Shown here: positions 25,468-39,200 of the stretch, piece after piece
Numbering within the stretch: the stretch's first letter is position 1
Layout of the letters: each line of letters begins with the position of its first letter
NCBI RefSeq assembly: GCF_963921235.1
Contig: NC_086105.1
Coordinates: forward strand, 120,590,001 to 120,654,000
DNA length: 64,000 nucleotides
Direction of reading: 5' to 3'
From: Mobula hypostoma
Taxonomy: Eukaryota
Made by a program: the position numbers and the translations under genes
Notes under the pieces: model-generated
The model's database searches: none
Seen by the model: only the letters and a program-made list of their open reading frames with translations
What the model was told of the DNA's origin: nothing

Positions 25468-25900
25468 TACTCAGTGGTCACTTTATTAGGTACCTCCACT
25501 GAGTGTAGGTTCCTGATCTTCTGCTGCTGTAGCCCAACCACTTCAAGATTTGTAGTGCATTCAGAGATGCTCTTCTGCACACCACTGTTGTAACTGTTAT
25601 TTGAGTTACTGTTGCCTTTCTGTCAGCTTGAACCAGTCTGGCCATTCTCCTCTGCCCTCTCTCATTAACAAGGCATTTTTGCCCTCAGAACTGCCTCTTG
25701 TTGGATGTGTTTGTTCTTTGCACCATTATCTGTAAACTCTAGAGACTGGTGTGTGTGAAAATCCCAGGGGACCAGTAGTTTCTGAGATGTTCAAAGCACC
25801 ATGTCTGCATGCTTTTAACCATTGAGTTGCTGTCGCATGTTTGGCTGATTAGATATTTGCATGACCAAGCAGGTATACCTAAAATAGTGGCCATTGAGAT
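25468..25900. mobile_element. Tc1/mariner non-autonomous element
   Basis: TIRs actcagtggtcactttattaggtac / gtatacctaaaatagtggccattgag. Confidence 0.7.
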
Positions 25901-26059
25901 TATGATAGGCAAGATAAGAATTCAAGCAGCAAATTCTATTTGAATATTTGAATTTGAATAAAGTCTAATTACCCGTGAAGTGTTGTCCATGGGGTTTTAA
26001 TTCACTCATTTTCTAGTCATAGTGAACCTCCAAACAAAAGCATGTGAAGTGTACATCTA

Positions 26060-26280
26060 GACACAAGAGATTTCTACAACCGCTGGAAACCTAGAGTCTT
26101 TCACAGTGCTAGAGGAACTCCACAGGCCAGGCAGGAATAAACAGTCAACATCTCAGGCCAAGATGCTTCATCATGACTGGAAAGGAAGTAGGAAGAAGCC
26201 GGGATAAAGAAGGTGGGGTGGAGGGAAAGGAGTACGAGCTGGCAGGTGGTAGATGAAGCTCGGTTAGGGAAAGGTATATC
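26060..26280 (-). mobile_element. Degenerate Penelope pLTR fragment
   Basis: Family tail (cacaagagatt..gctggaaa) and a decayed hammerhead region. Confidence 0.6.
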
Positions 26281-26626
26281 GGCTCTGTAGGCTGAGGATT
26301 GGCTTACCCAAATTATATTTGAATTGATCGTCTCACACTTAAATGATGTGTGTGGTTCTGCTTATTGTCTGTAGAGGAGCGGAAAGAAAGGAGATTTATC
26401 TCAGAACTGTTAGTAAAACCTCTCATCCTATAAACAAAATGTTTGAGAAATTACCATGTAAAATTGTGTGTGTTTTTAAAAAAAAAGTAAATATCCTCAA
26501 GTGATCTAAGTCAGGGGTGGGGGTTATTGCTGTTGGGGAATAGATGAGTGTTAAGTTGAAAACTATTAGTTAAAGAAGATCTATTGAGTCTTCCTGGTTG
26601 GATGAGCTAAGGAAAGTTATTTGGTA

Positions 26627-27914
26627 CTAGACAATGGGGTGACCTGTTGGGGCACCCTTTGAGAGAAGGGTAGTGCAGTCTGATGTGACCAGAATGAACA
26701 TTAAATTTTCCTGAATGCTATTGGTATTGATTTGCTTTGGAAATTGAAGAAGAAAACTTCAGTTTATTAAAGAAGAACAACACATAGCAAGGCAAATATA
26801 GCTCCTCGTTTAACGAAGGACACTTATGATGGCATCACCTCTGGTTGAACTGCCACCCTTGTGCCTTTCGTTGTCATTCTGGAGATGTGCAGTCCTTTCA
26901 TCCACTGTCTGTTCATCTCTTCTGCTTATTCTTTTTCTGTGGTCTTGGAGATGTGCATTCCTCTGCTTCTTTGTCTCTTCCTCTCTCCTCCTCCTCTGCC
27001 TGTTTTTATCATTCTAGAGACATGCAGCCCTTTCATCCCCCGTCTCTTCATCTCTTCTGCTGTTTGTTGTTTGTCTCTGATCCTGGAGACGTGCATTTCT
27101 CAGCTCCTTTGTCTCTTCATCTCTCCTCCTCCTATGCCAGTTGTTGTCATTTTTGGAGACGTGCATGCCTCTCCTCCTCTGTCTCTTCTTCTCTTATCTT
27201 TTTTGTCCTGACTCTTTGATCCTGGAGTCGTGCGGCCCTGGCCTCATCCGATTCTTGTTCTCTCCCTCTCCTTGCCGCTTCCCGACGATTTTTGGCGTCG
27301 TCTCTTGACCATAATACCCCCCTTCTCTTTCCACGCGGCATAATTAGGCTGACCATATTTTTTTTACCCTATTGCTGGATAGAAGATACGAAGCAATAAC
27401 ACCAAAGCCTCCAGGATGCTGATATTTCTTGATGATATGGTTGGCGCTCTCTTAAATGGACGTGATATAGTCACTGCTGTCCTTTGATGAGTGTCTCGAA
27501 GTACGTCATTACGATAACATTTAATTATCTCTTATTGATGGGTCTCAGTTTGATCTGTCCCAATCCTGCACGTGCTGATGGTGATTAGCAGAATGTGACC
27601 ACTCGAAATAGAGCTGCCCTGCCCTTTTGCTGCGGTTGGTGTCGCTGCTGTGAGCTTCTGAGGCTGGCCATGTGCATGCGTTGTGGTGTGGCATCACGGT
27701 TTCCATCATGGCTGACATCGGCTCTAGGGTGAAAGCGGGGCTGTTGAATTGGCCAGTGAGCAATTTTATACGAATATATAACCCTGAACTTTGCCTGCAT
27801 TCTGTAAGTTAGCACATTTTAAGTCGATTTAGCCAAAAATAGTGCCGCTGCAATGCACTGTTTGCGCTAATGGGAGGTCACAAACAGAGCATGAGAATTT
27901 TAGTAGTATATAGA
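26627..27914 (-). mobile_element. Non-autonomous Helitron carrying STPR-like 23-aa repeats
   Basis: Minus strand: A|TCTATATACTACTAAAA 5' end at 27914; 3' hairpin GGGTG-N11-CACCC then CATTGTCTAG|T ending at 26627; AT target; MPRGKRR...ETEEERHARLQ ~69-nt repeats at 26860-27290. Confidence 0.85.
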
Positions 27915-28690
27915 TAGCTAGACACAAGAGGGGAAGTCTTTAGTCTAATGTACCTTTCCTTTTCACCTCAGTGACTAATATAAAATCAGCCTAACTTTCA
28001 TTGAAGTCTCTAAACTTTGTCACATGGTGGTGCTATAGCACCATAAGTGATTTGCATTTTTTAATGCAGATTTTAATAAAAAAGAGTTCTGCAAGTTTTC
28101 TATAACTGAATTTCCTCAGCACGACCTGACATTAAACACATGAAAATGGAAATTGTAGTGGGCTACCCAGACCCTCAATTCTGCCATGCCATTCAAAATG
28201 ATGACAACTAATCTACCCCAGGTCTCAGATCTGTGTCTGATCTCCACAGCCCCTCAATTCCCAATCTTTCAAATATTTATCTTCCTCCTCCTAAAATACT
28301 TCTAATGAGCTGGCTTCCAGAGCTCATTATTCCAGAGTTTCGACATCTTCTGCGAGATGAAATTTCTGTAAACTATTTTAAATGACAATTTCAAAATAAA
28401 GAGAAAAAGTCCCCTTGTTCAAGACACTTCCATGAGTGAAAATCCTTTGATATCTACTCTGTCAAGTCTGAGGACTTCAGTAGGATCACCCATTAGTCTA
28501 CTAAACTCCAAAAGCAGACCTCGCTTGTTTAGCTTCTCTTGATAAGACAATGCTCTCATCCCAGGAATTAGCCTGGATAGCTCTCTTGATTGCATCCAAT
28601 GTTGTTATAACCTTCCATGTGTTAGGGGACCAAAGCTGCACAATATTCAAAATGTTGCATTACAAACTACAAAACTTTTTATTTCCAACT

Positions 28691-31600
28691 TCATAAGACC
28701 ACATAAGATACAGGAGCAGAAGTAGGCCATTCGGCCCATTGAGTCTGCTCCGCCATTCAGTCATGGGCTGTTCTAATTCTTCCAGTCATCTCCACTCCGC
28801 TACCTTCTCCCCATACCTTTTGATGCCCTAGCTAATCAAGAACCCATCTATCTCTGCCTTAAATCCAGCTAAAGACTTGGCCTCCACAGCCGCTCGTGGC
28901 AACAAATTCCACAGATTTACCACACTCTGATTAAAGTAATTTCTCTGCATTTCTGTTCTAAATTGACATCCTTCAGTTCTGAAGTGGTACTCTGTTGTCT
29001 TAGACTCCCCTACCATGGGAAATAACTTTGCTGTATCTAATCTGTTCAGGCCTTTTAACATTTGGAATGTTTCAATGAGCTCTCCCCCACCCCGCCCCCA
29101 TTCTCCTGAACTCCAGGGTACCCAAGAGCTGCCAGGCATTCCTCATACAGTAACCCTCTCATTCTTGAAATTATTCTCCTGAATCTTCTCTGAACCCTCT
29201 CCAATGTCAGTATATCCTTTCAAAAATAAGGAGTCCAAAACTGCACACATTACTCCAAGTGTGGTCTCACTTCATCACATCCCTGCTCTTATATTCTATA
29301 GAAATGAATGCCAACATTGCATTTGTCTTCTTCACCGCTGACTCAACCTGGAGGTTTACCTTTTGGATATCCTGCACAAGGACTTCCAAGTCCCTTTGCT
29401 TCTCTGCATTTTGAATTCTCTCCCCATCTAAGTACTAGTCTGCCCATTTATTTCTTCCACCAAAGTGCATGACCATAGACTTTCCAACATTGTATTTCAC
29501 TTGCCACTTCTTTGCCCATTCTCCTAAATTATCTAAGTCTCTGCAGGCTCAACACTACCCACTCCTCCACCTATCTTTGTATCATCGGCAAATTTATCCA
29601 CAAATCCTTTAATCCCGTAGTCCGAATCATTGACATACATCGTAAAAAACAGTAGTCCCAACACCGACCCCTGTGGAACTCCACTGGTAACTGGCAACCA
29701 AGCCAGAATAGGATCCCTTTATTCCCTTTGTCTTTTGTTTTCTGCCGATCCGCCAATGCTCCACCCATGCTAGTAATTCCCCTGTAGTTCCATGGGATCT
29801 TATCTTGCTAAGCAGCCTTCTGTGCAGCACCTCGTCAAAGGCCTTCTGAAAATCCAAGTACATTCACATCTACTGCATCTCCTTTGTATACCCTGCTTGT
29901 AATTTCCTCAACAAATTGCAGTAGGTTAGTCAGGCAGGATTTTTGTTTTTGGAAACCGTGCTGGCTTTGGCCTATCTTGTCATGTGCCTCCAGGTACTCC
30001 ATAATCTCATTCCTAACAATCTATTCCAACAACTTCCCAACCACTGATGTCAGGCTAACAGATCTATAGTTCCTTCTGCTGCCTCCCACCTTTCTTCAAT
30101 AGTGGAGTAACATGTGCAATTTTCCAGTCATCTGGTACAATGCCGGAATCTATCAATTCTTGAAAGATCATTGTTAATGCCTCCACAATCTCTCCCAACT
30201 ACTTCCTTCAGAACCCGAGGGTGCATTCCATCAGATCCAGGAGATTTATCCACCCTCAGACCATAAGCTTCCTGAGCCCCTCCTCAGTTATAATTTTCAC
30301 TGCACATACTTCACTTCCCTGACACTCTTGAATGTCTGGTATACTGCAGATGTCTTTCACTGTGAAGACTGATGCAAAATATGCATGCAGTTCCTCTGCC
30401 ATCTCTGCATCTCTCATTACAATATCTCCGGTGTTATTTTCTATTGGTTCTATATCTACCCTCAACTCTCTTTTGCTCTTTATATACTGAAGGCTTTTAG
30501 TATCTTCTTTGATATTAGTCGCCAGCTTCCTTTCATAATTCATCTTTTCTTTCCTAATGACCTTCTGAGTTTTCTTCTGCAAGTTTTTAAAAGCTTCCCA
30601 ATCCTCTATCTTCCCACTGGCTCTGGCTTCCTTGTATATCCTCTCTCTTGCTTTTACTTTCTCTTACTTCACTCGTCAGCCACAGTGGTATCCTTCCATT
30701 CAAAAATTTCTCCTTATTTGGAATATATCTGTCTTGCACTTCCCTCATTTTTCGCAGAAATTGCAGCCATTGCTGTTCTGTCCTTCCTGCTAGTGTCCCT
30801 TTCCAGTCAACTTTGGCCAGTTCCCCTTCTCATGCCATTGTAATTTCCTTTATTCAACTGAAACACGGACACATTGGAATTTACTTCCTTCTTCTCAAAT
30901 TTCAAAGTGAACTCAATCATGTTGTGATCACTGTTCCCTAAGGATTCCTTAACCTTAAGCTCTCTTACCTCCTCCGGATCATTGTACAACACCCAATCCA
31001 GCACAGCTGATCCCCTAGTGGGCTCAACAACAAGCTGTTCTAAAGAGCCATCCCTTAGTCATTCTACAAATTCTCTCTCTTGAGATCCAGTACTGGCCTG
31101 GTTTTCCCAATCCACTTTCATGTTAAAATCCCCAATTATGGACATTGCACTACTGACACACCTTTTCCATCTCCTGCTGTAATTTGTAATCCACACCCCA
31201 GCTGCTGTTTGGAGGCCTGTATACAACTACCATTAGGGTCCTTTTACCCTTGCCATTTCTTAACTCAACCCATAGAGACTCTACACCTTCTGATCCTATG
31301 TCATCCCTTTCTAATGATTTAATATTATTTCTTATACACAGGGCCACACCACCCGCTCTGCCTGCTAACCAATACATCATTTATCCTTGGATGTTCAGCT
31401 CCCAATGGCAACCATCCTTTAGCCAAGTTTCAGAGATGGCCACAACGTCATACTTGCCAACCTGTAGCTGAATTTCAAGATTGTCCATTTTATTTCTTAT
31501 ACTGCATGCATTCAAAAATAACACTTTCAGTCCAGTATTTGTTGCTTTCTGTTTTAACTGCACCACACCTCTATTGCTTTGTAGATCATCCCACTGGCTC

Positions 31601-32810
31601 TGATTATGCCTCATCTCCTGCCTGTTCTTTCTATCATCTCTGTTGCACACTATCTTTGATTTATTTGTTTCCCCCTTCCTCAGCTCTATCACTCCAGTTC
31701 CTATCCCCCTGCCAAATTAGTTTAAACCCTTCCTAATAGCTCTATTAAACCTGCCTGCTAGGATATTGGACCCCTTTGGGTTCAGGTGTAACCCATCCTC
31801 TTTGTACAGGTTGTACCTCCCCCAGAAGAGGCCCCGATGATCCAGAAACCCGAAGTCCTGCCCTCTACACCAGCCTCTCAGCCACGCGTTAATATGCCTG
31901 ATTGTGCTACTCTTGCACTCATTAGCACATGGCACAGGCAGCAATCCTGAGATTACTACCCTGGAGGTCCTGCTTTTCAGCTTCCTACCCAACTCCCTGA
32001 ATTCTCTCTTCAGGATCTCCTCCCTTTTTCTACCTATGTCATTGGTACCAACGTATACCAAGACTTCTGGCTGTTCACCCTCTCCCTTCAGAATACTCTG
32101 CACCTGATCCGAGGCATCCCGTACCTTGGCACCTGGGAGGCAACACAACATGCGGGTATCTCTATCAGGTTGACAGAACCTCCTGTCTGTTCTCCATCAC
32201 TATGGAATTCCCTATGATTACCACATTCCTCATCATCTTCTCTTCCTTCTGCACCACGGAACCAGGCTCAGTGCCAGAGACCCGATCACTTTGGTCGTCC
32301 TCTGTCAGGTCACTCCCCTCAACAGCATCCAAAACGAGATAGCGATTACTGAGGGGGATGGCCACAGGGGTGCTCTCTACTATTTGAGCTCTTTGCATCC
32401 CTTCCCTGACAGTCACCCACTTATCTAACTCCTGCTGCCTCGGGGTGACTAACTCCCTGTAGCTCCTACCTATCGACTGCTCACTTTCCCTCATAAGCTG
32501 TGGGTCACCAAACCGCAGCTCCAGATCCCTAACACGTTTTCTCAGGAGCTGCATCTCGGTGCACCTGGCGCAGGTGTGGCCATCTGTGAGACTGGAAGAT
32601 TCCTAGGATTCCCACATCTGACGCCCAGAGCAAATCACTAACCCTACAGATATGCTGTCTATTCCTCAAAAAATGCAAGGAAAAAGCCACTTGCATCACC
32701 TACTTACCCACTTACCACGCCGAAGCCCGAATGAGCCAAAGCCCTACCACTCTGACTCAGACCACTCCGCTAGGCAGTGTCTTCCTTTTATGCCTGAACC
32801 TTCTCTGTTC
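28691..32810 (-). mobile_element. Near full-length CR1 LINE (ORF1 Zn-finger/coiled-coil/SGNH esterase; ORF2 APE endonuclease + RT), degenerate
   Basis: ORF1: VIIGNSIV, LPGAKV, VGTNDI, DGLHLN. ORF2: LNACSIRNK, ISETWL, YRPPNS, SDHN, DFQKAFD. 3' tail at ~28691; many stops and deletions. Confidence 0.92.
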
Positions 32811-34031
32811 TCCAGCACATGATTGGGACACCAGTTATAGCTGAGTTCCCGCAAAGCTTTCCCCTTTTAAACTTGCTTCCAGACCTGTGCGCCACCTCCT
32901 CTCTCGTAGCTCTCCATCTCACGATTGGTGTGCTGGTTCATCATAGAAATAAAAACTCACTCTTTTGCAGTTTCTCTCCTTTTTCCCCACTTACTGAGTC
33001 TCACAAGAAATTCCATTTGCCAAATTTTCATCCACTCTCTCCACCTCTCTACTCATTGAGGTCACAATGTTCTCATCACGAGTTGCCCTTTCACCTACTT
33101 CTTTGTGTTGTTCGCAAATTTAAATATCTTGCATTCTGCTTCCTCCTCTATGCCAGTAATATAAATAGTAAATAACTGGAGGTCAAGAAATGATTACTGG
33201 GGTACACCACTAACTACAGTTAAGTGTGATAGAATCTAAAAGCTATCATTGTAAATAGGTAACTGGCTGTTGGTCAGTTGGGTTCAAAGGATTGTCTTTC
33301 CAAAAAGTAGAATTGTTGAGTCTCAAGTCAACAAAAGTTTTGATTTTTTTTTTAGTGTTTTTTGCAAGAAGTGTTTCTCCTGGTTGTTTTGAAGCCGTTC
33401 ATGAAATTGAGCCTTATGATCTGAAAACTACTATTGGTGTAATTATTCCTGAAAGACTTGCTGTGTTAGCAACTACATTAGTTTACAGTAATCAGAAACT
33501 TGAATTACATAGGAACAGAGCTAAACCTAATACCTCACATACCAGAAATCTTTATCATTCATCCTGAAATTTCTAACAACCAGCATACATAATGTTTTTG
33601 AGTTCAGAGACGCATGCCTGTGTTTCATCCTTAAGTGGCTCCAAATGTATGTTTTACTCTGCAGTTTTCCTTTAGAGACTTCCAGTATTGAATCCAGTAC
33701 CTTATATCACCCTTCAACTTTAGAAATTAAGAGGATATGAACTCGTAATTTAAGACCTGGTATTGCAATTGAATTACTTTGTGTGCTTTGTAAGGTCACT
33801 GTCTTTCAGGCAGCACTGGAACTGATTATCTGTATTCTCTAGATGTCTGGCAAGGATTTTGTTGTGCTTATGTACCACTTCCTCATTTTTGATTTGCACA
33901 TTGCTAGAAAACATAGCTAACAATGCAATGACCTTTTTTCCTTGTCCTTCTATAACACCATAAAAACAAACTGGTATATCTTCTTAATCAAATCTAGATG
34001 AGTTTATTATTAAACCACAATTACAATAGGT

Positions 34032-35860
34032 GACACTTCTCACGCTCTGAATTTTTTCAATTATTTTAAGTTCCCTGGCCCCCACCGCTTTATTTTCACC
34101 ATGGATGTCCAGTCCCTATATACCTCCATCCCCCACCAGGAAGGTCTCGAAGCTCTCCGCTTCTTTTTGGATTCCAGACCTAACCAGTTCCCCTCTACAA
34201 CCACTCTCCTCCATCTAGCGGAATTAGTCCTTACTCTTAATAATTTCTCCTTTGGCTCCTCCCACTTCCTCCAAACTGAAGTTGTAGCCATGGACACCCG
34301 TATGGGTCCCAGCTATGCCTGCCTCTTTGTTGGCTTTATGGAACAATCCATGTTCCAAGCCTATACTGGTATCTGTCCCCCACTTTTCCTTCGCTACATC
34401 GACGACTGCATTGGTGCTGCTTCCTGCACATATGCTGAGCTCGTTGACTTCATTAACTTTGTCTCCAATTTTCACCCTGCCCTCAAGTTTACCTGGTCCA
34501 TTTCCTACACCTCCCTCCCCTTCCTTGATCTTTCTGTCTCTATCACTGGAGACAGCTTATCTACTGATGTCTACTATAAGCCTACGGACTCTCACAGCTA
34601 CCTGGACTATTCCTCTTCCCACCCTGTCTCTTGCAAAAATGCCATCCCCTTCTCGCAATTCCTCTGTCTCCAACGCATCTGCTCTCAGGATGAGGCTTTT
34701 CATTCCAGGACGTAGGAGATGTCCTTTTTTTAAAGAAAGGGGCTTCCATTCCTCAACCATCAACTCTGCTCTCAAACGCATCTCTCCCATTTCACGCATA
34801 TCTGCTCTCACCCCGTCCTCCCGCCACCCCACTAGGAGTAGGGTTCCCCTTGTCCTCACCTACCACCCTACAGCCTCAGGGTCCAACATATAATTCTCCG
34901 TAACTTCCGCCACCTCCAACGGGATCCCACCACGAAGCACATCTTTCCCTCCCCCCACCCTTCTGCTTTCCACAGGGATCGCTCCCTCCGCGACTTCCTT
35001 GTCCATTCGTTCCCCCCCCCCATCCCTTCCCACCGATCTCCCTCCCAGCACTTATCCTTGTAAGCGGAACAAGTGCTACACATGCCCTTATACTTCCTCC
35101 CTCACTACCATTCAGGGCCCCAGACAGTCCTTCCAGGTGAGGCAACACTTCACCTGTGAGTCAGCTGGGGTGATATACTGTGTCTGGTGCTCCTGATGCG
35201 GCCTTCTATATATTGGCGAGACCCGACGCAGTCTGGGAGACCGTTTCGCTGAACACCTGCGCTCTGTCTGCCAAAGAAAGCAGGATCTCCCAGTGGCCAC
35301 ACATTTTAATTCCACGTCCCATTCCCATTTTGATATGTCTATCCACGGCCTCCTCTACTGTAAAGATGAAGCCACACTCAGGTTGGAGGAACAACACCTT
35401 ATATTCCATCTGGGTAGCCTCCAACCTGATGCCATGAACATTGACTTCTCTAACTTCCGCTAATGCCCCACCTCCCCCTCGTACCCCATCCCTTATTTAT
35501 TTATTTATTAGTATTTTTTTTCTCCCTCTGTCCCTCTTACTATAACTCCTTGCCCATTCTTTGGGCTCCCCTCCCCCTTTCTTTCTCCCTAGGCTTCACG
35601 TCCCATGATCTTCTCCCTTCTCCAGCCTTGTATCCCTTTTGCCAATCAAGTTTCCAGCTCTTAACTCCATTCCTCCCCCTCCCCCTTCCACTTTCAAATC
35701 TCTTACTATCTCTTCTTTTAGTTAGTCCTGACAAAGGGTCTCGGCCCGAAACGTCAACTGTACCTCTTCCTATAGATGCTGCCTGGCCTGCTGCGTTCAC
35801 CAGCATTTTTCATGTGTGTTGCTTGAATTTCCAGCATCTGCAGATTTCCTCGTGTTTGCT
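34032..35860 (+). mobile_element. 5'-truncated Penelope-like retroelement (RT + GIY-YIG + pLTR) with 11-bp TSD
   Basis: MDVQSLYT, AMDTRMGPSYA and RYIDD RT motifs; GVIYCVWCS*CGLLYIGET GIY-YIG; TSD ttacaataggt at 34021-31 and 35861-71; hammerhead at 35724-35759. Confidence 0.93.
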
Positions 35861-36243
35861 TTACAATAGGTTTGGTCATATTGTGCAAATGACCCTTCAA
35901 CTTCTAACTATGCCATGTGTGGCAAACAGCACATTCTCCCAATGTGTCAATATTACAGACTTCAGATAATACAAGTTAAAGCAAATTAAATTAAACATTT
36001 ACACTGAAAGTTTATAGAATGCAATTTCAGCCAAAAAAGGAGTCATGTGGAAATGTGGTAAGTAACTGTATAATAAAGTAAGTCTGTGATTTTGTTTCCA
36101 AACATTTTTCAGCAGCAAGTGATTTGTTGAGACTTTGTAGCAATAAGTGTTGTTTCTTTTTGGTTGGGCGATTGTACCTTATGGGGCTACTTGGGGATCA
36201 GCGCTACGGTGCTAATTATTCAGAAAAAATGGTTAATAGTTTG

Positions 36244-39200
36244 CGTAAGAGGACCCGTTGTGACTGAACGAATTCACCGGAGTGACACTAAAGCTGGTGA
36301 CAGTAGAGATGTTTGTTCAACCCAACAAACAGGCATCATTGTGGAGGCACATTCAGTAGAGGCTCACGAACCCAAAGATGCATCACATTTTTATATCTTT
36401 AACATCAAACGTAACAGTAGATGATTCAATATAATTTCAATAGTTACAATCACATTGTTTACTTCAGTACTTTGGGTTGCCAGATAGTTCCTTTGAGATA
36501 CATATTGGAAGCATACTGTAACAGATAAGACACCAATGAGGGTCCAAACACCTTTGGGAGAAACTAATTAGCACAAATATTCCAAAACCTTTTGACGATA
36601 GAGACAAATACCTAAAATTAATGTTGTCAGGGCTGTCTCCGAGTACACAAATATGGTAAGTACACAAAAACTCTTGACTGCCTTTACTTGTGACTGTGTT
36701 TGATGTGCAGTGACAACATCCATCTGGTCTGCCAGCTTCCAGTCAAGTCACAATGGTGCAAATAACGTAGCCATGTTGCCTGGTTTGAAGCAATCCAATG
36801 AATACAACCCTTACCCCACCACCACTTCCCAACCCCATGTCTCTCTAGCTCCACTGTCACCTCTTGGGTTCTTGGAGCCTCCATCTTCTTCCCACCCCAG
36901 CTTCCCTGAACACTCCAACCCTCCTCTCTCCTCTGGCACCACCAACTCTTTTCGCCGCTCTGATCCTAGCTCCAATCCTTGCCATGTCTTCACCATTCCC
37001 TTTGACCTTCTGAATGATCTTGACAACCGGTCTTTTGGATCAATATACAGGAGGGTTTGTGATCTCTAGTCGAATAGCTGCAAGGACTTCGCCCCAGTGG
37101 CACACCCTCCTGGACTGTCCTTTTGATCACTGGCCCAGCCATTGAAAGGGCCCTGCATATCTGTTCACTCCCCATTCAGCTGGGGTGGCTGCCATCCAAC
37201 CCTGTCTATGATTTCTTCTCTCTTGGTGTGCCTTGCTATTGATGTTGTGAAACTTGATGTCTCAAGCTTAACTCGGATCCTTTCCTATCTATTTTCCCCA
37301 ATATCTTTCTATTCTGATCTGTACAACTAATTATCTACCACCAAGAACCAGCCTTCATTACAAAGTATAGTTGCCATTATATTTCTAAGTTCACTGACAA
37401 GCTCTCTCCATTTGCATTTCCATTCTCTTTCATCTGTGGGTCTACTTCCATCGGTTGTGGTCAGATGTGGCATGGAGCTGGTGTTCACTTAGATTCTGTG
37501 TAATGACGTTGTTAGTGGGTGGAATTGATCCCTTGTTCTGTCTGTGAGGGTGACGAGGAGAGTTGTTCTGTTTAACCTGAGTCCAGTTTTTCTGCTGGCT
37601 GCCTCGTTGGGTCTGTACACACACACAGATGTCATCTGTTCCGAGCACAACCTGCGGTCCTATCCACCTGGGAGGAAACCTGTCTTTTCAAGCTGCTTCC
37701 CTTCCATGACTTGCTCACCCTTGGGAGGACTATCTTTGCTCTCTCTGATCAGCAATTGTTTGTTGCTGTTGTTCTTTTTGCAATACGTTTGCTCTCCCTG
37801 TCTTGTCTGTTATTTCTCCCTTTTCCAAATCTATAATCGCACCTGCCTTACTCAGTGTACCTATCCCCTGGACAGGACCCTCATTGATTGGGCACACCCA
37901 AAAAATCTGCAGAAAGCTACACTCCCTCAATCTCAAACACCTGAGGCTCTCTTATCCTGCCAGTAGTTGTTTCACCTCCTGCACTGGTACTGTAGATCAC
38001 CTCTCCAATCATAGGCAAGGGTAGATCAGTTATCAACACTGATGACCCTGTATCCTGATAAACCCTTTGTGTACGTCCATGGCCAGTACTTGCAGTGGAG
38101 GCTATTGCCAGCCATTTGTCTGACCTGGATGTTGTCCTCACCAGCTCTATGATCTGGTCGGCAATCAGATGAGACAGAGGGCATTGGTGTGGCTTCTGCC
38201 CATTTTGGTGAGCGACTCTCACACCTTCTTCCCTTATTAGGACACTGCCTCCAACCATGGCCTGAGAAGCCACAGCTGAAACAAATCATCTCCTTTGCCC
38301 TTCTGCATTTATTGGTTGCTGGCACACAAAGCAAGTTCTCTGTGACATCGCAGCAGCTACAGTACAGCCACTTTACGACAACTTCTCTCCCTCTGGTCTG
38401 TCTCCCCAGCCCATGACACTATCGCAGAGTAAGTTGATCCCACCGCTCTTCCCAAATCTAAAACTTCCTGGAGGGCTGAGCTCAGGCCTGCCTTCATTAT
38501 TTTCAGGAAAAATGAAACATCTCTCCCTGGATCATTCAACCATAAATACTCCTCATATCCTTGATAATTACACTCTGCATAATCAGTGGTAGGCTCATTT
38601 TTCTTTATTATTGGCATTCCAGTAGTTGCCTATGTATCATTCTGCACAACTTGGGCCGAAACATCCCAGATATTCCTCAGACATTTTGCTTTTACCAATA
38701 CGAGTATATCTTTTAGGTGCATCTGGTGAATTTCGACGATTAAGTACCAAGTAAAATTCATCATCAGAGCATATACATGTCACTACATGCAACCCTGAGG
38801 CTCTTTTTCTGCAGGCATATCTATAGAACAGTTACTGTAACCTGTAAACATCAGGAACTATAAATGTAAACAAACTGTGCAAATGCAGATATAAATAAAT
38901 AACAATAGATAATGAGCATGAAATAACAATATAACAGAGTCCTTAAATAAGTGTAGCTGTATGTTGTTGTTCAAGAGCCTCATGGTTGAGAGGTAGTAAC
39001 CGTTCTTGAATCTGGTAGTGTGAGTCTTGTGGCACTTGTACCTTCTACCTGATGGCAGCAGCAAGAAAAGAGCATGACTTGGGTGGTGAGGACCTTTGAT
39101 GATGGATGCTGCTTTTCTATGGCAACTTTCATGTAGATGTGCTCAGTGGTTGGGAGGGCTTTACCCGTGATGTACGGGGCTGAATCCACTATCTCTTGTA

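Noticed and set aside
26826-27219. Hydrophobic plus-strand ORFs resembling membrane proteins
   Set aside because: Antisense shadow of the E/R-rich Helitron repeats
38705-38740. Short inverted similarity to the LTR U5 (36268-36295) suggesting a DIRS-type structure
   Set aside because: Match is short and gapped; no tyrosine recombinase; a protease and PPT favour a standard LTR element
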